Shown here piece by piece: positions 61,987 through 64,000 of a stretch of 64,000 nucleotides of DNA. Source of the stretch: an uncultured Nitrosomonadaceae bacterium. Its GTDB lineage: Bacteria > Pseudomonadota > Gammaproteobacteria > Burkholderiales > Nitrosomonadaceae. A program made the position numbers and the translations under genes. Below the pieces are notes generated by a model. It did no database searches, had not been told where the DNA came from, and saw only the letters and a list, made by a program, of their open reading frames with translations. The stretch covers positions 17,306 through 81,305 of the forward strand of contig CAXGWP010000005.1 of NCBI GenBank assembly GCA_964013575.1, read 5' to 3'. Position 1 is the stretch's first letter. The number at the start of each line of letters is the position of its first letter.

Positions 61987-63153
61987 ATGACCATACCATT
62001 CTCATACATAATTCGTAACTTAATAACTCGTAAACTTACCACACTGCTTACAGCTGGTGGGATGGCGCTTGTGGTATTTGTGTTTGCAACAGTATTAATG
62101 CTAGAAGAAGGCCTTAAAAAGACCTTAGTAGAAACAGGCTCCCCCGATAATGTCGTAGTTACAAGAAGATCTGCTGAAACTGAGATTCAGAGTATCATAA
62201 ACCGTGATCAAGCAGCTATTGTTGAGAGCCAACCAGAAGTTGCATATGGAAACAACAACATACGATTAGCATCAAAAGAATCTGTTGTGTTAATCTCTCT
62301 AACTCGCCGGGAATCAAATAAATCCTCAAATGTATTAATCCGGGGGATTGAACAAACTGGGGCTCTGCTACGCCCACAAGTTAAAATTATTAATGGGCGC
62401 ATGTTTAAGCCAGGGTTATCAGAAATAATTGCAGGTAAAAGCATTGCGGAAAGATACAATGGTGCAGGAATCGGTGAAAAATTATATTTTGGAAAACGCG
62501 AGTGGACAGTAGTTGGTATTTTTGATGCGAATAAAACAGGTTTTGATTCAGAGATCTGGGGTGATGCAGATCAATTAATGCAAGCATTTCGTAGGCCTGT
62601 ATACTCTTCAATTATACTAAAACTAAATGATCCAAAAAATTTTCCAGATATTAAAGCACGTATTGAAGAAGACCCTAGGCTAACCCTTGGTGCAAAAAAA
62701 GAAAGTATTTTCTATGCCGAACAATCACAAGTACTATCGAATTTTATTCGTTATCTAGGGGTGGCATTATCAGGATTTTTTTCTGTTGGCGCTATTATAG
62801 GAGCAATGATCACTATGTATGCATCAGTTGCTAACCGTATTATGGAAATTGGAACACTGCGTGCACTTGGATTTCGTAGAAATAATATCCTATCTGCTTT
62901 CCTAACAGAATCATTAATTCTTGGGGCAATAGGCGGAATAATTGGCCTAATACTAGCATCATTCATGCAGTTCTTGACTATTTCAACAATGAATTGGCAA
63001 TCATTCTCTGAACTAGCTTTTGGCTTTACATTAAATTCTACAATAATAATAAAATCTTTTTTATTTGCATTAATTATGGGATTAATTGGGGGATTCCTTC
63101 CTGCAGTAAAAGCTGCCCATATAAGCATTGTAGAATCTTTGAGAGCAGTATAA
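61987..63153 (+). CDS. ABC transporter permease, FtsX/MacB type (paralog 2)
   Basis: Same architecture as paralog 1, with VANRIMEIGTLRALGF. 388 aa. Confidence 0.85.
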   Translation: MTIPFSYIIRNLITRKLTTLLTAGGMALVVFVFATVLMLEEGLKKTLVETGSPDNVVVTRRSAETEIQSIINRDQAAIVESQPEVAYGNNNIRLASKESVVLISLTRRESNKSSNVLIRGIEQTGALLRPQVKIINGRMFKPGLSEIIAGKSIAERYNGAGIGEKLYFGKREWTVVGIFDANKTGFDSEIWGDADQLMQAFRRPVYSSIILKLNDPKNFPDIKARIEEDPRLTLGAKKESIFYAEQSQVLSNFIRYLGVALSGFFSVGAIIGAMITMYASVANRIMEIGTLRALGFRRNNILSAFLTESLILGAIGGIIGLILASFMQFLTISTMNWQSFSELAFGFTLNSTIIIKSFLFALIMGLIGGFLPAVKAAHISIVESLRAV

Positions 63154-63313
63154 TTTAATATTAAAATTGTTTGCCTACTCGTAAAATACAACAAGTATTT
63201 TCTCCCTGTTGGCATGAAGATACTTATTTAGACTATAATTACAATATCACATTTAAATTAACTGTTGATGATGTAAATTTACCTATCTATTTTGATTCTT
63301 ATGGAGATTATCT

Positions 63314-63553
63314 ATGAAAACATCTGCAATTTTTTATCATGCTGGTTGCCCTGTATGCATTGAAGCAGAACAGCAAATAGCTGAAGCCCTAGATACTAAC
63401 CGCTATGATGTACAAATCGTACACTTAGGGGAGAAAAAAGAACAGATTGAAACAGCTGAAGCTGCTGGAGTTAAATCAGTTCCAGCAATAGTAATAGACG
63501 GCGCTCCTTTCCATATAAACTTTGGCGCCCCAATGTCGGCACTAAAAAGCTAG
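63314..63553 (+). CDS. Small thioredoxin/glutaredoxin-like protein (CPVC)
   Basis: 79 aa. Active-site-like CPVC near the N-terminus, plus SVPAIVIDG (cis-Pro region). GGAG SD. Confidence 0.75.
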   Translation: MKTSAIFYHAGCPVCIEAEQQIAEALDTNRYDVQIVHLGEKKEQIETAEAAGVKSVPAIVIDGAPFHINFGAPMSALKS

Positions 63554-63608
63554 GAAATAAGCAAACAACTATATGCTTACCTTTCTTCTTAAGAAATAAA
63601 AAAGTCTC

Positions 63609-63637
63609 ATTCCGTGCCCTAACAAGAGGCACGGAAT
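63609..63637. terminator. 10-bp hairpin between the thioredoxin-like gene and the EF-hand gene
   Basis: attccgtgcc-ctaacaaga-ggcacggaat. There is no T-tract on the plus strand after the stem; the T-tract lies on the minus-strand side (gagactttttt). Function and orientation are therefore ambiguous. Confidence 0.3.
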
Positions 63638-63722
63638 ATCTACACAACAGAATTTGCATAAATTTAATACCATATTCATAAACTATCATTTTACATTTCG
63701 TACTCATCTGCAGGAGAATATT

Positions 63723-64000
63723 ATGCACAGCAAAACTTATATCGCTTTGAACTCTATTTTTATAGTGGCATTAAGTTTCACCTCTATTAGTTCTGCATCT
63801 GATATAACTTCTGTGTCGAAACCTACCAACATAGATAGGACCATGCTTGCCTATGCTGATCTAGCAGAAGCTGACAAATCAAAGGGAGCAAAAGCAAGTG
63901 GTGGTGGATATGGATTATCTTTAATGGACAAAAATAAAGATGCCAAGGTCAGCAAGGAAGAATTCTTAAAGTATAATGAAACTATCTTTGATAAAGTAGA
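63723..64000 (+). CDS. Secreted EF-hand calcium-binding protein, 5' part (runs off the right window edge)
   Basis: AGGAG SD 6 nt before the ATG. Hand translation: MHSKTYIALNSIFIVALSFTSISSASD... (signal peptide), then the canonical EF-hand loop DKNKDAKVSKEEF. The frame is still open at nt 64000. Confidence 0.6.
   Translation, partial: MHSKTYIALNSIFIVALSFTSISSASDITSVSKPTNIDRTMLAYADLAEADKSKGAKASGGGYGLSLMDKNKDAKVSKEEFLKYNETIFDKV

Overview
AT-rich, densely coding core-chromosome segment. Spot counts give about 32% G+C in ordinary lines and about 55% inside the RNase P RNA gene. Gene content and synteny point to a Gram-negative proteobacterium, Beta- or Gammaproteobacteria, and I lean beta; this is inference only. 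I support about 63 protein-coding genes, one ncRNA (rnpB), one MraZ-type operator and a few hairpin terminators.

Main blocks:
- 1-5.3 kb: glcF (partial), ftsK, lolA, serS.
- 5.6-23.7 kb, minus strand: a complete division/cell-wall (dcw) cluster.
- 23.9-24.2 kb: rnpB.
- 24-46 kb: housekeeping metabolism (GlcF-like Fe-S protein, coq7, ilvD, lgt, pyrC, ilvA, rpiA, phoU, fumC, TerC-family protein, BepA-like protease, glnB-nadE, NUDIX, rsmI, GlcD-like oxidase).
- 46.6-53.6 kb: aa3-type cytochrome c oxidase structural and assembly cluster.
- 54-58.7 kb: ttcA, queG, tsaE, amidase.
- 58.8-63.2 kb: adaptor + ATPase + two FtsX-type permeases (MacB/Lol-like ABC system), followed by a small CPVC thioredoxin-like protein and a secreted EF-hand protein.

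I see no transposases, integrases, phage genes, CRISPR arrays, toxin-antitoxin pairs or recognisable defence genes, and I cannot point to a convincing new multi-gene system.

Observations most worth a second look:
1. ftsZ is displaced from its near-universal position after ftsA to a slot between rsmH and ftsL, next to the MraZ-controlled promoter.
2. The NadE glutaminase domain has Ser where the catalytic Cys is expected.
3. The oxidase cluster has no heme A synthase gene, and it contains an untracked 37-aa ORF.
4. A 768-bp non-coding spacer sits in an otherwise compact genome.
5. queG and tsaE overlap head-to-head at their start codons.
6. The split, two-permease MacB/Lol-like exporter occupies the position where mutL lies in E. 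coli.

All homology statements come from motif recognition by eye. No database search was possible.
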